This document shows positions 30,349 to 39,422 of a stretch of DNA of 64,000 nt, one piece after another (within the stretch, counting starts at the first letter, position 1; every line of letters starts with the position of its first letter). The position numbers and the translations under genes are program-made. Source of the DNA: Enterobacter phage CC31. The notes under the pieces were generated by a model. That model had not been told where the DNA came from and did no database searches. It was given only the letters and a program-made list of their open reading frames with translations. The DNA lies in sequence record NC_014662.1, one strand, 5' to 3'.

Positions 30349-30723
30349 CTAGAACATTTTACGTTCGGTCCAGTTATCAAGATTAACTGTGCCAGTTTTC
30401 TTCATTTTCTCAATCAAGTTATCTGCGCGAGTGCGTCCATTTTCATACCACACTACATCTTCAGAATAACCATCTTCGTCTTCATAAGTTTCTGAACGAA
30501 TGTGACCGTGAATGCTTGTTTTCAAAACGTATTCAGAGCCAGTGAACCAGTTAGTCAAAACGATGTACCAGCAGAAATCAGTAGATGGACCATCAGGAGT
30601 CATACAGTGAACTACATCTCCTTGCCATGAAGACAGATGCCACATTGGCTCTTCTACTTCAATTGCTTTATATCCGTCATGGTCTTTCGTTTTGATTTTA
30701 GCGTTCAGATTAATTGTGTTCAT
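30349..30723 (-). CDS. hypothetical protein
   Basis: Trimmed to MNTINLN behind early promoter and ACGGAG ribosome-binding site. Confidence 0.6.
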   Translation of the reverse strand: MNTINLNAKIKTKDHDGYKAIEVEEPMWHLSSWQGDVVHCMTPDGPSTDFCWYIVLTNWFTGSEYVLKTSIHGHIRSETYEDEDGYSEDVVWYENGRTRADNLIEKMKKTGTVNLDNWTERKMF

Positions 30724-30758
30724 TTTATTCTCCGTTACCATATTGGTTATTGAGATTC

Positions 30759-30789
30759 TATCATAACACAACTTTCAACAGATGTAAAC
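30759..30789 (-). promoter_or_regulatory. early promoter (GTTTAC -35, TGTGT-TATGAT -10)
   Basis: Family member. Confidence 0.55.
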
Positions 30790-30791
30790 GG

Positions 30792-30995
30792 TTAGAGTTT
30801 TTCGCAACTATGATATTCAGTATCTGTCCAAATACCAAATGACGGCAATGATTCTAGCATTGAGTTTCCGACTTTAACTGCGTCTTCCCATGGCCAAAGC
30901 GTAGCAACCTTTTCATAGAAAAAGATTGAATCCATGTGTGAATATTCTGCTGGGTATTCTGATGTAACTTTGAAAATAAATTTACGCTTAAACAT
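30792..30995 (-). CDS. hypothetical protein
   Basis: 67 aa ORF. Confidence 0.45.
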   Translation of the reverse strand: MFKRKFIFKVTSEYPAEYSHMDSIFFYEKVATLWPWEDAVKVGNSMLESLPSFGIWTDTEYHSCEKL

Positions 30996-31008
30996 ATGAA
31001 CCTCTTAA

Positions 31009-31036
31009 ACAAAAAAGGGACTCCCGAAGGAGTCCC
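31009..31036 (-). terminator. intrinsic terminator (minus strand)
   Basis: GGGACTCC-TTCG-GGAGTCCC on minus strand followed by TTTTTTGTTT. Confidence 0.65.
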
Positions 31037-31047
31037 GAACTTATGCT

Positions 31048-31227
31048 TTATGCTTTCTTACGTGGATTACCAAAAGCCGTGTCGTGAGCAATAACTTTAC
31101 GAGCACGAGATGCTAACTTATCTGTTAGCTGATTGATACGCTTGTTCGAACCACGCTTGTAGCCAGCGCGTTTAGAGGTACCAACAACTTCTTTTACTGC
31201 AGTTTTTGCTTTAGCTTGTTTAGCCAT
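31048..31227 (-). CDS. small basic protein (59 aa), not in ORF track
   Basis: Hand-translated MAKQAKAKTAVKEVVGTSKRAGYKRGSNKRINQLTDKLASRARKVIAHDTAFGNPRKKA; followed by a hairpin plus U-run terminator; weak ribosome-binding site. Confidence 0.4.
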   Translation of the reverse strand: MAKQAKAKTAVKEVVGTSKRAGYKRGSNKRINQLTDKLASRARKVIAHDTAFGNPRKKA

Positions 31228-31375
31228 TTTTAGTCTTCCATATAAGGAGGTAATAAAAGAGCTCTAAGTCTTAGACAGCTAACCTTTTGCTGACGCATAG
31301 AGCCGTTGTTAATGGAAGTTTTGGATATTTAACGTCTGGATAACTACCAACCACGACCAAGTCCTCGAAGGGTAC

Positions 31376-31630
31376 TTATTTCAAAGTCACTACGAAGTGA
31401 CGAACCGCTTTACGAGCTGCTGAACACAGAGGTTTAGCAAACTTCAACTCATCTTTCAGAGCAAGTGCATCGCGGAGGTCTGCCTGAACAGGATTCAGAT
31501 GTTTGAAACCTTTCAGAACTTCCAGTGCTTCGGCGTAAACGTCGATAGATGCACCGTAGTTTTCGTGACCTGCGTTCCAGGAGTTGCGCTGCAGATGCAG
31601 AGCGTGTTCAAGTTGTTTGTTCATTGACAT
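31376..31630 (-). CDS. rIII: rIII lysis-inhibition accessory protein
   Basis: ~84 aa directly downstream of gene 31 as in T4; late promoter upstream. Confidence 0.6.
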   Translation of the reverse strand: MSMNKQLEHALHLQRNSWNAGHENYGASIDVYAEALEVLKGFKHLNPVQADLRDALALKDELKFAKPLCSAARKAVRHFVVTLK

Positions 31631-31747
31631 TATGTCATTCCTCAATACGAGGTTAATAAAAGGTAGACGGTATCAGAGTTTAATCTATGCGTCTACCACC
31701 TTGTAATTTCTCCGGGTAACTTTTGTCCGGCAGCCAAATTACAATAA

Positions 31748-31755
31748 TATTTATA
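31748..31755 (-). promoter_or_regulatory. late promoter core TATAAATA (minus strand) upstream of rIII
   Basis: Exact consensus immediately after the gene 31 stop. Confidence 0.5.
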
Positions 31756-32079
31756 TCACCCGTAGATACACGGAATTGATTTCCAATGACAAGTCACAAA
31801 TTTTTGTGCAATTTCTTTTGGTTTTTTCATACCAGCAGCGACAAGCGGATGAGGTACATTACGAATCTGACCAGTTGGCAGCGGCACTAACATACCGACT
31901 TCGAAAATACCTTCAGGAACATCCGCGCCGATTGAATATATTTCACACATATCGGGGATTTGTCCGGTTTCTTGTTTGCCGATAACAATACCGCCAGAAG
32001 AAACGATTTCATCACCTTGCTGAGGCGGTTCAGAAACCAAGATAACATGTTCGCCGATAGCTTTAATTGGTAAATCCAT
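31756..32079 (-). CDS. 31: co-chaperonin for GroEL (gp31)
   Basis: [16 protein letters not shown]...GQIRNVPHP...[12 protein letters not shown] match recalled T4 gp31; start at MDLPIK with AAGGTG ribosome-binding site. Confidence 0.85.
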   Translation of the reverse strand: MDLPIKAIGEHVILVSEPPQQGDEIVSSGGIVIGKQETGQIPDMCEIYSIGADVPEGIFEVGMLVPLPTGQIRNVPHPLVAAGMKKPKEIAQKFVTCHWKSIPCIYG

Positions 32080-32135
32080 TGTTACACCTTGTTGTTTGAG
32101 CATGAAATAATATTATCATGCTCATATTTAAGCAA

Positions 32136-32465
32136 TTAACCTTTGACCTGAACCAGTTTCAGCAGATGCTCTACTTTAACACCATTCACTGAAACGATAG
32201 AATCCAGTTTGAATGAACGCCATGCGTGTTTTTCAGTGTCCCACACAGGAATAGCTTCTGTAGATTCTTTACGAGACACCTGAGAACCAGTGCTTTCAAC
32301 CAGGTCACTTGGAATGATGTCATGGTCGCGAGTACAACGCAGAGAGCGGATAGTACCGTCTACTTTCTCAAATACTACCTGAGATTCGCCACGAGCCAGA
32401 ATTGGTTTCAGAGTATCACGGATTTGTACTTTTTCAGCTTCAGTCAGTTTAGTTTTCTTAGTCAT
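32136..32465 (-). CDS. hypothetical protein (T4 31.1 position)
   Basis: ORF, start codon uncertain. Confidence 0.55.
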   Translation of the reverse strand: MTKKTKLTEAEKVQIRDTLKPILARGESQVVFEKVDGTIRSLRCTRDHDIIPSDLVESTGSQVSRKESTEAIPVWDTEKHAWRSFKLDSIVSVNGVKVEHLLKLVQVKG

Positions 32466-32772
32466 TAGTTTGGCCTTTATATTCAGCAAGATATTGGAAG
32501 CGGAATTTATACTTACCGCTCGGTTCTTTTGTTACTTCTCGTAAAAATACAACAATTGGATTGTACTCGTTGATTGCTGCGATAGCATAATCCAAATCAT
32601 CGGCAATCTTAGATACAACCTCGAAGCAAGAAGCTCCGTTGGCTTGTTCCAGTTGGAACGTTGGGCCAGGAATTTCAACGGTGTAGATTTCCAAGTCACG
32701 CAGACGTTGTGCTACATATCCAGTGATATCTTCCGGTTCAGCAGTAATCTTGGTTTTATTCAAATCAAGCAT
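32458..32772 (-). CDS. hypothetical protein (T4 31.2 position)
   Basis: ORF, start codon uncertain. Confidence 0.55.
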   Translation of the reverse strand: MLDLNKTKITAEPEDITGYVAQRLRDLEIYTVEIPGPTFQLEQANGASCFEVVSKIADDLDYAIAAINEYNPIVVFLREVTKEPSGKYKFRFQYLAEYKGQTND

Positions 32773-33331
32773 TTTCAACACCACAGTAGTTTTCAACATT
32801 ATACCAATTGAGTTTATTCAGGTTCGTCTTAGGAACATGATGAATCTCAATACCAGCATCGCGGAGTATGTTATCCCAACCATCGATGTTTTTATCGTAT
32901 GTTTCACAATATACGAGTTTCTTAATTCCAGATTGAGCAATAGCTTTAGCACAGTCTGGGCATGGTGAAAGTGTAACGTACATCGTAGCGCCTTCAATTG
33001 AAGAACCATTACGTGCTGCGAACAGAATAGCATTCAATTCAGCATGTATTTCGTTAATTTTCGACCACTCAGAGTGTTCAGCTCGGAATTTAGTGTCTAA
33101 TCCATATTTTGGAATTGGTCCATCTTGACGAAGACCACTTCCAGGTTTCTTAACTAACCACCCTTTATCTTCAGCGTGGTCGCAACAGTTAACTCCACCG
33201 GCAGGAGAACCATTATAGCCGGTAGAAATGATACGACCATTTTTCTCAATAACTGCACCGACTTTCCAGGAGCAGCATTTCGATTCTTGGGAAATCAGAT
33301 AAGCGATTTGTAAGACGGTGCTAGCTTTCAT
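32765..33331 (-). CDS. cd: dCMP deaminase
   Basis: 188 aa with CDHAE and SPCPDCAKAI zinc-binding deaminase motifs. Confidence 0.85.
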   Translation of the reverse strand: MKASTVLQIAYLISQESKCCSWKVGAVIEKNGRIISTGYNGSPAGGVNCCDHAEDKGWLVKKPGSGLRQDGPIPKYGLDTKFRAEHSEWSKINEIHAELNAILFAARNGSSIEGATMYVTLSPCPDCAKAIAQSGIKKLVYCETYDKNIDGWDNILRDAGIEIHHVPKTNLNKLNWYNVENYCGVENA

Positions 33332-33678
33332 TATTGAATCACCAAATAGTTTGAACGGTCAGTTTTAATCAGCGTGATTTCAGTATGAAGAGGAATAATC
33401 TCTTGTACCGTACTAGTGATTATAAACACCCCGTCTTTAAAGCGTTTCTTTTTGTCAAAGAAAACATCGCCATAAAAACGTTCACCTACGACAGGAGAAG
33501 TCTGGTCTTTTGAAGTGATAAGGATTCCATCATACCCCACGCAAGAATTCACCAGACGGTCACACGCTAACACAGAACGAATGAATCCAACACCATCTTC
33601 AGTGAATTGAGATTTATCACCACACGCGTTGTAATGTTCTTTTCGGACACCATCGAAGATGTCAGTTAAATTCATCAA
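33331..33678 (-). CDS. hypothetical protein
   Basis: 115 aa ORF. Confidence 0.55.
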   Translation of the reverse strand: MMNLTDIFDGVRKEHYNACGDKSQFTEDGVGFIRSVLACDRLVNSCVGYDGILITSKDQTSPVVGERFYGDVFFDKKKRFKDGVFIITSTVQEIIPLHTEITLIKTDRSNYLVIQ

Positions 33679-33905
33679 ATTATATCACCTAAAACGTTAG
33701 TCATTGTAACATGCCCATGACGGTCAAGAGTTAACAAAGCTGTCTGGTCCTTTCCGTTATGAGTGATTGTAATCAAAGCTCCATTAGAAACGCGGTCAGG
33801 ACGGAGCTGAACCTCAGCTCCTGGTACTTTATTTGCTAAAGCCTGCGCGAATTCTTTGAGCTTTTCCAGAAATTCAATCCGGGTAAAAGTTTTATCAGAA
33901 GTCAC
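33675..33905 (-). CDS. hypothetical protein
   Basis: 76 aa ORF. Confidence 0.5.
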   Translation of the reverse strand: MTSDKTFTRIEFLEKLKEFAQALANKVPGAEVQLRPDRVSNGALITITHNGKDQTALLTLDRHGHVTMTNVLGDII

Positions 33906-34188
33906 TGTTGTCCCAGCTATAAATTACGGAGAAGAAAATAGGGTCATCTTTATCAATATCTAAACGGAAATCAAAAGTCATTGAATAGCTATTGAAAGAT
34001 GGTGTAACTTTAAATTTAATGCCTTTCCACAGAATTTGTAAAGCACCTACAATATCCGCATGAATTTGCGCATGAGTCGGTGCTGTTGCTGGAACAAATA
34101 GAAAGTTATCTGCAACCTGAGCTACAACAACTTCAGCCACTTTACGAAAACTTGAAAGACCTGGACGTACTTCAGTATGAATTCCCAT
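33895..34188 (-). CDS. hypothetical protein
   Basis: 97 aa ORF. Confidence 0.5.
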   Translation of the reverse strand: MGIHTEVRPGLSSFRKVAEVVVAQVADNFLFVPATAPTHAQIHADIVGALQILWKGIKFKVTPSFNSYSMTFDFRLDIDKDDPIFFSVIYSWDNSDF

Positions 34189-34406
34189 TAGTGCACCGTG
34201 TGTACTTTAACGTTAACGACAAAGTGAGTAATAACCTCACCAATTGGAACGAACTCTACATAATACTCATCTTTGTATCGAGAGTTCATATCGGTGCGAA
34301 TTTGAGCAAGCTTATTAATGAGCTCAGGTGTCATATTCATACCGACTATTTCACGAAGAAGCTTGTAAGCTTCCTCTTTAACCTGTTCGTGTTTATTATA
34401 CATCAT
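34188..34406 (-). CDS. hypothetical protein
   Basis: 72 aa ORF. Confidence 0.5.
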   Translation of the reverse strand: MMYNKHEQVKEEAYKLLREIVGMNMTPELINKLAQIRTDMNSRYKDEYYVEFVPIGEVITHFVVNVKVHTVH

Positions 34407-34419
34407 TTCACCTTATGCA

Positions 34420-34611
34420 TTATCGACGATGCCACGGGAGCATGAGCTTAGTTTTCTTGACAGTATAACTTCTTTCAGGATTAGCTGCTCGAACTTTTAA
34501 GCATGTTTCCCAAGCAGCACCTTCTTCGCCATATACGCAATAATGATTATCAAATATAACTACGCAACCGGTGCTGCTATTAATGATAGCCCAACATTCA
34601 TGATAACCCAT
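34420..34611 (-). CDS. hypothetical cysteine-rich small protein
   Basis: Trimmed to the internal ATG that overlaps the pseT stop. Confidence 0.45.
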   Translation of the reverse strand: MGYHECWAIINSSTGCVVIFDNHYCVYGEEGAAWETCLKVRAANPERSYTVKKTKLMLPWHRR

Positions 34612-35498
34612 CAGAAATCTCCATGAGCAACTTGCCAGCATTCAACACCGATACGACGCCACATTTCAACTACTTGTGCTCGGTCATCTACTGCAAGCTT
34701 AATGTTATAATGAGGAGCAATATCGCGCCAGAAGATTTCTTCTTTTACGATATCATCTTTACGAGAATCGCCCTGCTTACGCTGCCAATGCCCATGAGTT
34801 TCACCGACATGGTCTAATACCCATTTCTGAGTCATGCGACGATAAACAGTTTCATCTTCTTTTGTACCAGATTCGCGCCCAGATACAGTAAGAATTTTAA
34901 ACCCTTTCTGCCGAAGCATTTTCAGGAGTTCAATAACCATTTCTTTTGGAGCATCTTCAGCACATTTATCAAGGTCAAATGGTGAACGATGATGGTTATC
35001 TGCAAGAGTTCCATCAAGGTCAAAGATAACCGCTTTTGGCTTAGACAAATCAGGAACGTAAACTTTCTCAACTTCCATCAGTGTATAAAAATGGCGCAGA
35101 ACATCAATCGGGACTGCTTTATCGCCACGATATTGGTTGCGCTTAACCAGTTCAGTCCAAGGAACATGGAAGTCCTGGAAAGACATTTCATACAGACCTT
35201 TGAAACGAAGTTCCCATTTCTCGACGGTTTTAGGGTTCAAGTTAGTGTCGCAGACTATAACACCTTTGGTGTGTTCAAGGTCAAGCAGAGACACTGCAGC
35301 AGAAATTTGAGCAGCTGTTACTGCACGCTCTTTATGCTTAGAATATTTGTAAGCATTGCGAGCATCAAGGCCAAACAGCTTTTCACGGAAATCATCACGA
35401 GACAGAATGTACCAACCAGGATTTTTAGCGACATATTCATTTGCCCAAGTTGACTTTCCACAACCTGGAGCACCGCGAGTCAAAATAATCTTTTTCAT
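34611..35498 (-). CDS. pseT: polynucleotide 5'-kinase / 3'-phosphatase
   Basis: Walker A GAPGCGKST, HAD motif DLDGTLA, C-terminus RRIGVECWQVAHGDF match recalled T4 Pnk. Confidence 0.9.
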   Translation of the reverse strand: MKKIILTRGAPGCGKSTWANEYVAKNPGWYILSRDDFREKLFGLDARNAYKYSKHKERAVTAAQISAAVSLLDLEHTKGVIVCDTNLNPKTVEKWELRFKGLYEMSFQDFHVPWTELVKRNQYRGDKAVPIDVLRHFYTLMEVEKVYVPDLSKPKAVIFDLDGTLADNHHRSPFDLDKCAEDAPKEMVIELLKMLRQKGFKILTVSGRESGTKEDETVYRRMTQKWVLDHVGETHGHWQRKQGDSRKDDIVKEEIFWRDIAPHYNIKLAVDDRAQVVEMWRRIGVECWQVAHGDF

Positions 35499-35833
35499 TC
35501 AAGTTCCTTTACGAAGTTATCAACATCAGCCTTAGCTTTATTATAATCAGCTAGAGTTTTAGCTAACCATTCTTCTTTGCGGCCTTTAAGCAAAGCAGAC
35601 AAATATGAACCCTGAGCAAATAGCTGTGTAGTCATTAAATTTGACATAACATTTGCTAGTTCTGGCGCTTTAGCTTTTACGGCGCGTCGTAAATTTGCTC
35701 CAGCTTCGTCTAAGTCTCTGGCGATGTTTTCAAGTTCTTGTTCTGCGCGAACTGAACCATCATCTACACGAAGTCCATACGAATAAGCATATGAAGCTTT
35801 GCGGTATTTTTCGAGTAGAATTTTAATGGACAT
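35495..35833 (-). CDS. hypothetical protein
   Basis: ORF, start uncertain. Confidence 0.5.
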   Translation of the reverse strand: MSIKILLEKYRKASYAYSYGLRVDDGSVRAEQELENIARDLDEAGANLRRAVKAKAPELANVMSNLMTTQLFAQGSYLSALLKGRKEEWLAKTLADYNKAKADVDNFVKELE

Positions 35834-36038
35834 TAGCAATTTCCTCAATAATGACGTTTACACGCGCAGTAGCTTCATCGTATCGAGCTTTAGCTTGCAT
35901 TGTTTCTACAACAAGGTCTTCGTAAGTCAAATAACCGTCTTCCATTTGCATACGAGTTTTAGCTGAACCATAGTCAATTGCGCGAGCCTTAAGTTCAGAG
36001 ATAGCGCCTTCAAGAGCCATTTTAGCAAATTTGTTCAT
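35823..36038 (-). CDS. hypothetical protein
   Basis: 71 aa ORF. Confidence 0.5.
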   Translation of the reverse strand: MNKFAKMALEGAISELKARAIDYGSAKTRMQMEDGYLTYEDLVVETMQAKARYDEATARVNVIIEEIANVH

Positions 36039-36514
36039 AGTCCAAGTGCCTCATATAATGATTTACGAATATCACGAACATCTTTACCTGCTGGTCGCAT
36101 TGAACCCTCGACATCCGAAATAAATCCGTTTGCACAATTGGATTTAATTTGCCCGTAAATTGAAGCTGCTTCAATAAGCTTGTCAATCAAATCACGTTTA
36201 TAGTCTTCTTCCATGCGAATGCCATACCATTCATCGTAATCTTCAACAGGAGCAAATATTTTGAACCAAGTTTCTTCTGAAATATAAGTTTGTTCTTTGA
36301 GCTTAAAGACATGAGATGGAATAGTTTCAGTTCCAGGAGCGAATACTCTCACAGAAACTACAGTAGGCTTTCCACCAATAATTTCAAACCAGGGACTCAC
36401 AGTAGCTTTACGCATCAATGGAGTTTTGTGACGGGCACCCTGCATACACAATTTGCGTAGCTGGGTCTTTTTAATTGCAGATAAGAATGAGCCATCTTTT
36501 ACAAAATAACGCAT
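36035..36514 (-). CDS. hypothetical protein
   Basis: Trimmed to MRYFVK; the longer ORF-track N-terminus would read through an intergenic UUCG hairpin. Confidence 0.55.
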   Translation of the reverse strand: MRYFVKDGSFLSAIKKTQLRKLCMQGARHKTPLMRKATVSPWFEIIGGKPTVVSVRVFAPGTETIPSHVFKLKEQTYISEETWFKIFAPVEDYDEWYGIRMEEDYKRDLIDKLIEAASIYGQIKSNCANGFISDVEGSMRPAGKDVRDIRKSLYEALGL

Positions 36515-36565
36515 ATTATTTTCCTCAAAGTTTATTATCCCGATGAGGCCCGAAGGCCTCAATTA

Positions 36566-36661
36566 AAACGTAACTACCATTGCAAGAGCTACGGAACATG
36601 CAACTGCAGCGATGAACAGACCGAAACAAAACAGCTTTGCACCTAACGTGAATTTACGCAT
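36566..36661 (-). CDS. small hydrophobic peptide (31 aa), not in ORF track
   Basis: MRKFTLGAKLFCFGLFIAAVACSVALAMVVTF with AAAGGA ribosome-binding site 8 nt upstream. Confidence 0.4.
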
Positions 36662-36945
36662 TTTGGTTCCTTTAATTCGTAGCGATAGTAACATATCATA
36701 CCATTAGCATCTTTGGTATAACGAAGAACATCATTTAACCAAATTCTAAACTCCTGAGAATCAGAATAAGGCATTCCCACGAATGGACGACCATCAACTT
36801 CAACGATAGTCCAATGCCCGTTCCAAGGCTTGATTTGGTCAGGCCAAGATGGATGCACTACCGTTGGCTGGGGTAACTCTGGTGTCTTCTGGGAACATCC
36901 AGCCAATAGTCCAATTGATAATACAGTGGCTACTAAGAGTTTCAC
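36643..36945 (-). CDS. outer-membrane spanin lipoprotein (Rz1-like; T4 pseT.2 position)
   Basis: Signal peptide with LLAGC lipobox, proline-rich mature part; ATGA overlap with the i-spanin gene. Confidence 0.7.
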   Translation of the reverse strand: MKLLVATVLSIGLLAGCSQKTPELPQPTVVHPSWPDQIKPWNGHWTIVEVDGRPFVGMPYSDSQEFRIWLNDVLRYTKDANGMICYYRYELKEPKCVNSR

Positions 36946-37298
36946 TTGGTGGCCTCCTGAAACTCTAGAGTCAATTTGTTGAAAGACTCATTTAACTGCT
37001 TTTCAACCAGCTTAGGCTTAGCTTTGACCACATGCTCACGCTTGGCATCTTTAGCCATTTTAGCGTCAGACTTATCAGCCTCTGCTCTGTTTTCTTTACG
37101 AGTCTCATCATACTTATTGAGATTCACAAAGTCTGTTTTTAACTTTTCAATAGCTTTGCCATTAGCTTCAGCTATTTGTTGCATTTGCTTAAGGTCTTCT
37201 TTTAAGCCATCAATCCGTGAAGATTGATATTGAATGAACCCATAAGCTGTTAATCCGAGCGCCACTAAAATGACGTGGATGTTTGTTATTTTGAACAT
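36942..37298 (-). CDS. inner-membrane spanin (Rz-like; T4 pseT.3 position)
   Basis: N-terminal TM helix (ITNIHVILVALGLTAYGFI) followed by charged coiled-coil region. Confidence 0.7.
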   Translation of the reverse strand: MFKITNIHVILVALGLTAYGFIQYQSSRIDGLKEDLKQMQQIAEANGKAIEKLKTDFVNLNKYDETRKENRAEADKSDAKMAKDAKREHVVKAKPKLVEKQLNESFNKLTLEFQEATK

Positions 37299-37792
37299 AA
37301 TTTGATGATTGCCTGTACAATATCGTCCTGAGAAAGACCATTGATAAGAATATGATGTTCAGCAGGAGAGTTTTGAATTTTGAAGCAAGGGTCCACCATC
37401 TCTGCCATTTCTGAAGCAGAAAGACGAGGATTTGAAACACCCAGACGATGCTTTCCATAGATTGGGTCTACGATGATGTAGCACTTACAACCATTTACAT
37501 GAACGTTTGGTTGGGAAATGTTAATCATCACTTCTGCGCCGTACTTGGTCAGATGATTATCTAAGAAGCTGCGCATTTCTTCTACTGCTTCAGGCATCTT
37601 CTCAGCACGTTCTTCATTTACCCGATTGCTGTATTCTTTACGAGCCTTTTGACGCTTTTGGTCGCGAGAGTAAGCTACACGTAAATCAGTGATGTAACCC
37701 AGAGGACGAGAATTTTTGAAAATACGAATCCCGTCATGGTGTGTACCTTCGTAAATTTCTACTAGCTCTTCGGCAGTGATTAAGTTCAGCAT
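37286..37792 (-). CDS. alc: Alc-like protein (transcription termination on dC-DNA), by position
   Basis: 168 aa at the T4 alc position between spanins and rnlA; early promoter upstream; sequence identity not verified. Confidence 0.55.
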   Translation of the reverse strand: MLNLITAEELVEIYEGTHHDGIRIFKNSRPLGYITDLRVAYSRDQKRQKARKEYSNRVNEERAEKMPEAVEEMRSFLDNHLTKYGAEVMINISQPNVHVNGCKCYIIVDPIYGKHRLGVSNPRLSASEMAEMVDPCFKIQNSPAEHHILINGLSQDDIVQAIIKLCSK

Positions 37793-37822
37793 TTCGTTTT
37801 CTCCATTTGGTTAGTGTAGAGA

Positions 37823-37853
37823 CATAGTAACACAATCAAATGGAGATGTAAAC
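37823..37853 (-). promoter_or_regulatory. early promoter upstream of alc
   Basis: Family member. Confidence 0.6.
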
Positions 37854-37855
37854 GG

Positions 37856-38986
37856 TTAGATGTACTCAGCCGGAGTGAATGGCTTTGTGTTCTTCAAGAA
37901 TGCACAGTTGAGCTTGGTGATGAGCTGGTCGTCATCAAGGTCTCCTGCATACATTTTCATGATGATACCGAAAACTTGAGGTAGACCGGCCAATGCGGTT
38001 TCAGCTTGAGCGTTTGCTGCGTAAGACTTACGGTCTTTACCACGATGAGTAGCATAGAAGTCCTGGCACAGCTTAAGAGAAGAACGCAGATAGTTCAAGT
38101 ACTGAGTTTCGAAAGCATTGATTTTACCCAACGCAAACTCGTCAGAATCGAACATACCACGAAGGTCATCTGCCGCGTTATTCACGATGCACTCAAACAG
38201 ACGCTCGTTGTTGATAATGGAGTCTTTGGTGTGGTGCAGAGCCGTGTACCATTCGGTTTTCAGCTTAAAGCGTAAACCATCTTCCATAACCATCACGTAA
38301 CCTTCGATTTGCTCTTCAGCTCGAAGCTTGGAAACAAAATCACCTTTAGGAACTTCAAAGGCTTCTACCAGATACTTACGAAAAACTGGATGAGCCAGAA
38401 GGTCTTCGTAGTCAACATACTCACCAGTATCGTTTTCACGAACGTTCAGAAGAACAAGCATCTTTTTAGGATAGCTCAGAACAATTCGGTTCTGCGGAGA
38501 GCAGTATTCGAAGTTAGCGGTGAAGCCATCTTTTGCTAAATCAATCAGAGCTTCAGCCAAATCCAAATGCTCAATACTTGCCAGCATTGCAGAAGCTTCA
38601 ACAGCCTGCTCAGATTTGATAGAAGTCTTAGACTTAAAGCGAATACGATTTTCGCCGTCTAGATAAGTAGAAACCAAAGAACCATCTTCTTTAGCCAGCA
38701 TGTACTTAACTTTGGAAAGGTCTAGATTCATTGTGAACGGAGTTTCATTCAGGTTGAAGAACTTTTCCATTGGACGAGATGCAATACGCACTGGGATGTC
38801 ATCAACATCAAGTTCAAACATGATGCCACGGCACTCTAATGCAGACGGCAGAAGCCAGTCAGAGTAAGATGCGTAATGGTAAGAAAACGTGCGGTATTTG
38901 TACCCCATTGGAGATACATCATCACGGTAGAAGAAACGAGTTTCATCGTTACATAGAGTCATGAGCTCATTGAATAATTTTTTCAC
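37856..38986 (-). CDS. rnlA: RNA ligase 1
   Basis: 376 aa; blocks RIASRPMEKFFNLNE, KEDGSLVSTYLDG, GFTANFE match recalled T4 Rnl1. Confidence 0.9.
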   Translation of the reverse strand: MKKLFNELMTLCNDETRFFYRDDVSPMGYKYRTFSYHYASYSDWLLPSALECRGIMFELDVDDIPVRIASRPMEKFFNLNETPFTMNLDLSKVKYMLAKEDGSLVSTYLDGENRIRFKSKTSIKSEQAVEASAMLASIEHLDLAEALIDLAKDGFTANFEYCSPQNRIVLSYPKKMLVLLNVRENDTGEYVDYEDLLAHPVFRKYLVEAFEVPKGDFVSKLRAEEQIEGYVMVMEDGLRFKLKTEWYTALHHTKDSIINNERLFECIVNNAADDLRGMFDSDEFALGKINAFETQYLNYLRSSLKLCQDFYATHRGKDRKSYAANAQAETALAGLPQVFGIIMKMYAGDLDDDQLITKLNCAFLKNTKPFTPAEYI

Positions 38987-39396
38987 TTTTTACCCTTATG
39001 TTGAGTATTCCACGGAGGATTGAATTTTTTGATGAACATCGGTTCTTCAAGGTCCATCGTTGAGATTGACATTTCACCGAGTTCGTTGTTTATCAGGAGA
39101 TTAAAGCACTGTCGAGCATAAAAGCTAACAGTCTTTCCTGACATCAGAGCATCGTAAATCTTAGCTGACTTAGTTGAGTCTGACGTCTGGTCTTTGCGAT
39201 TAATCGCTGTCCTGTAATAATTTATTCTCTTTCTGAGATTCTTGGTCTTACCGATGTAGACCAACTCATCATCAACTGCAATTGCATATACCACGTTCAA
39301 CTTGTTTGGAACTTGGACTTGGTCTATAGTGCAATCAGGTAGCAGCTTCAGTTGAGTGTATTCTATAAAAGAAAACTCGTTAGCAATATCTTTCAT
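38983..39396 (-). CDS. denA: endonuclease II (GIY-YIG family)
   Basis: 137 aa; VVYAIAVDDELVYIGKTKNLRKRINYYR GIY-YIG motif and near-identity to recalled T4 DenA. Confidence 0.85.
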   Translation of the reverse strand: MKDIANEFSFIEYTQLKLLPDCTIDQVQVPNKLNVVYAIAVDDELVYIGKTKNLRKRINYYRTAINRKDQTSDSTKSAKIYDALMSGKTVSFYARQCFNLLINNELGEMSISTMDLEEPMFIKKFNPPWNTQHKGKK

Positions 39397-39422
39397 AACA
39401 GAAGGGCCCGAAGGCCCTCTCC

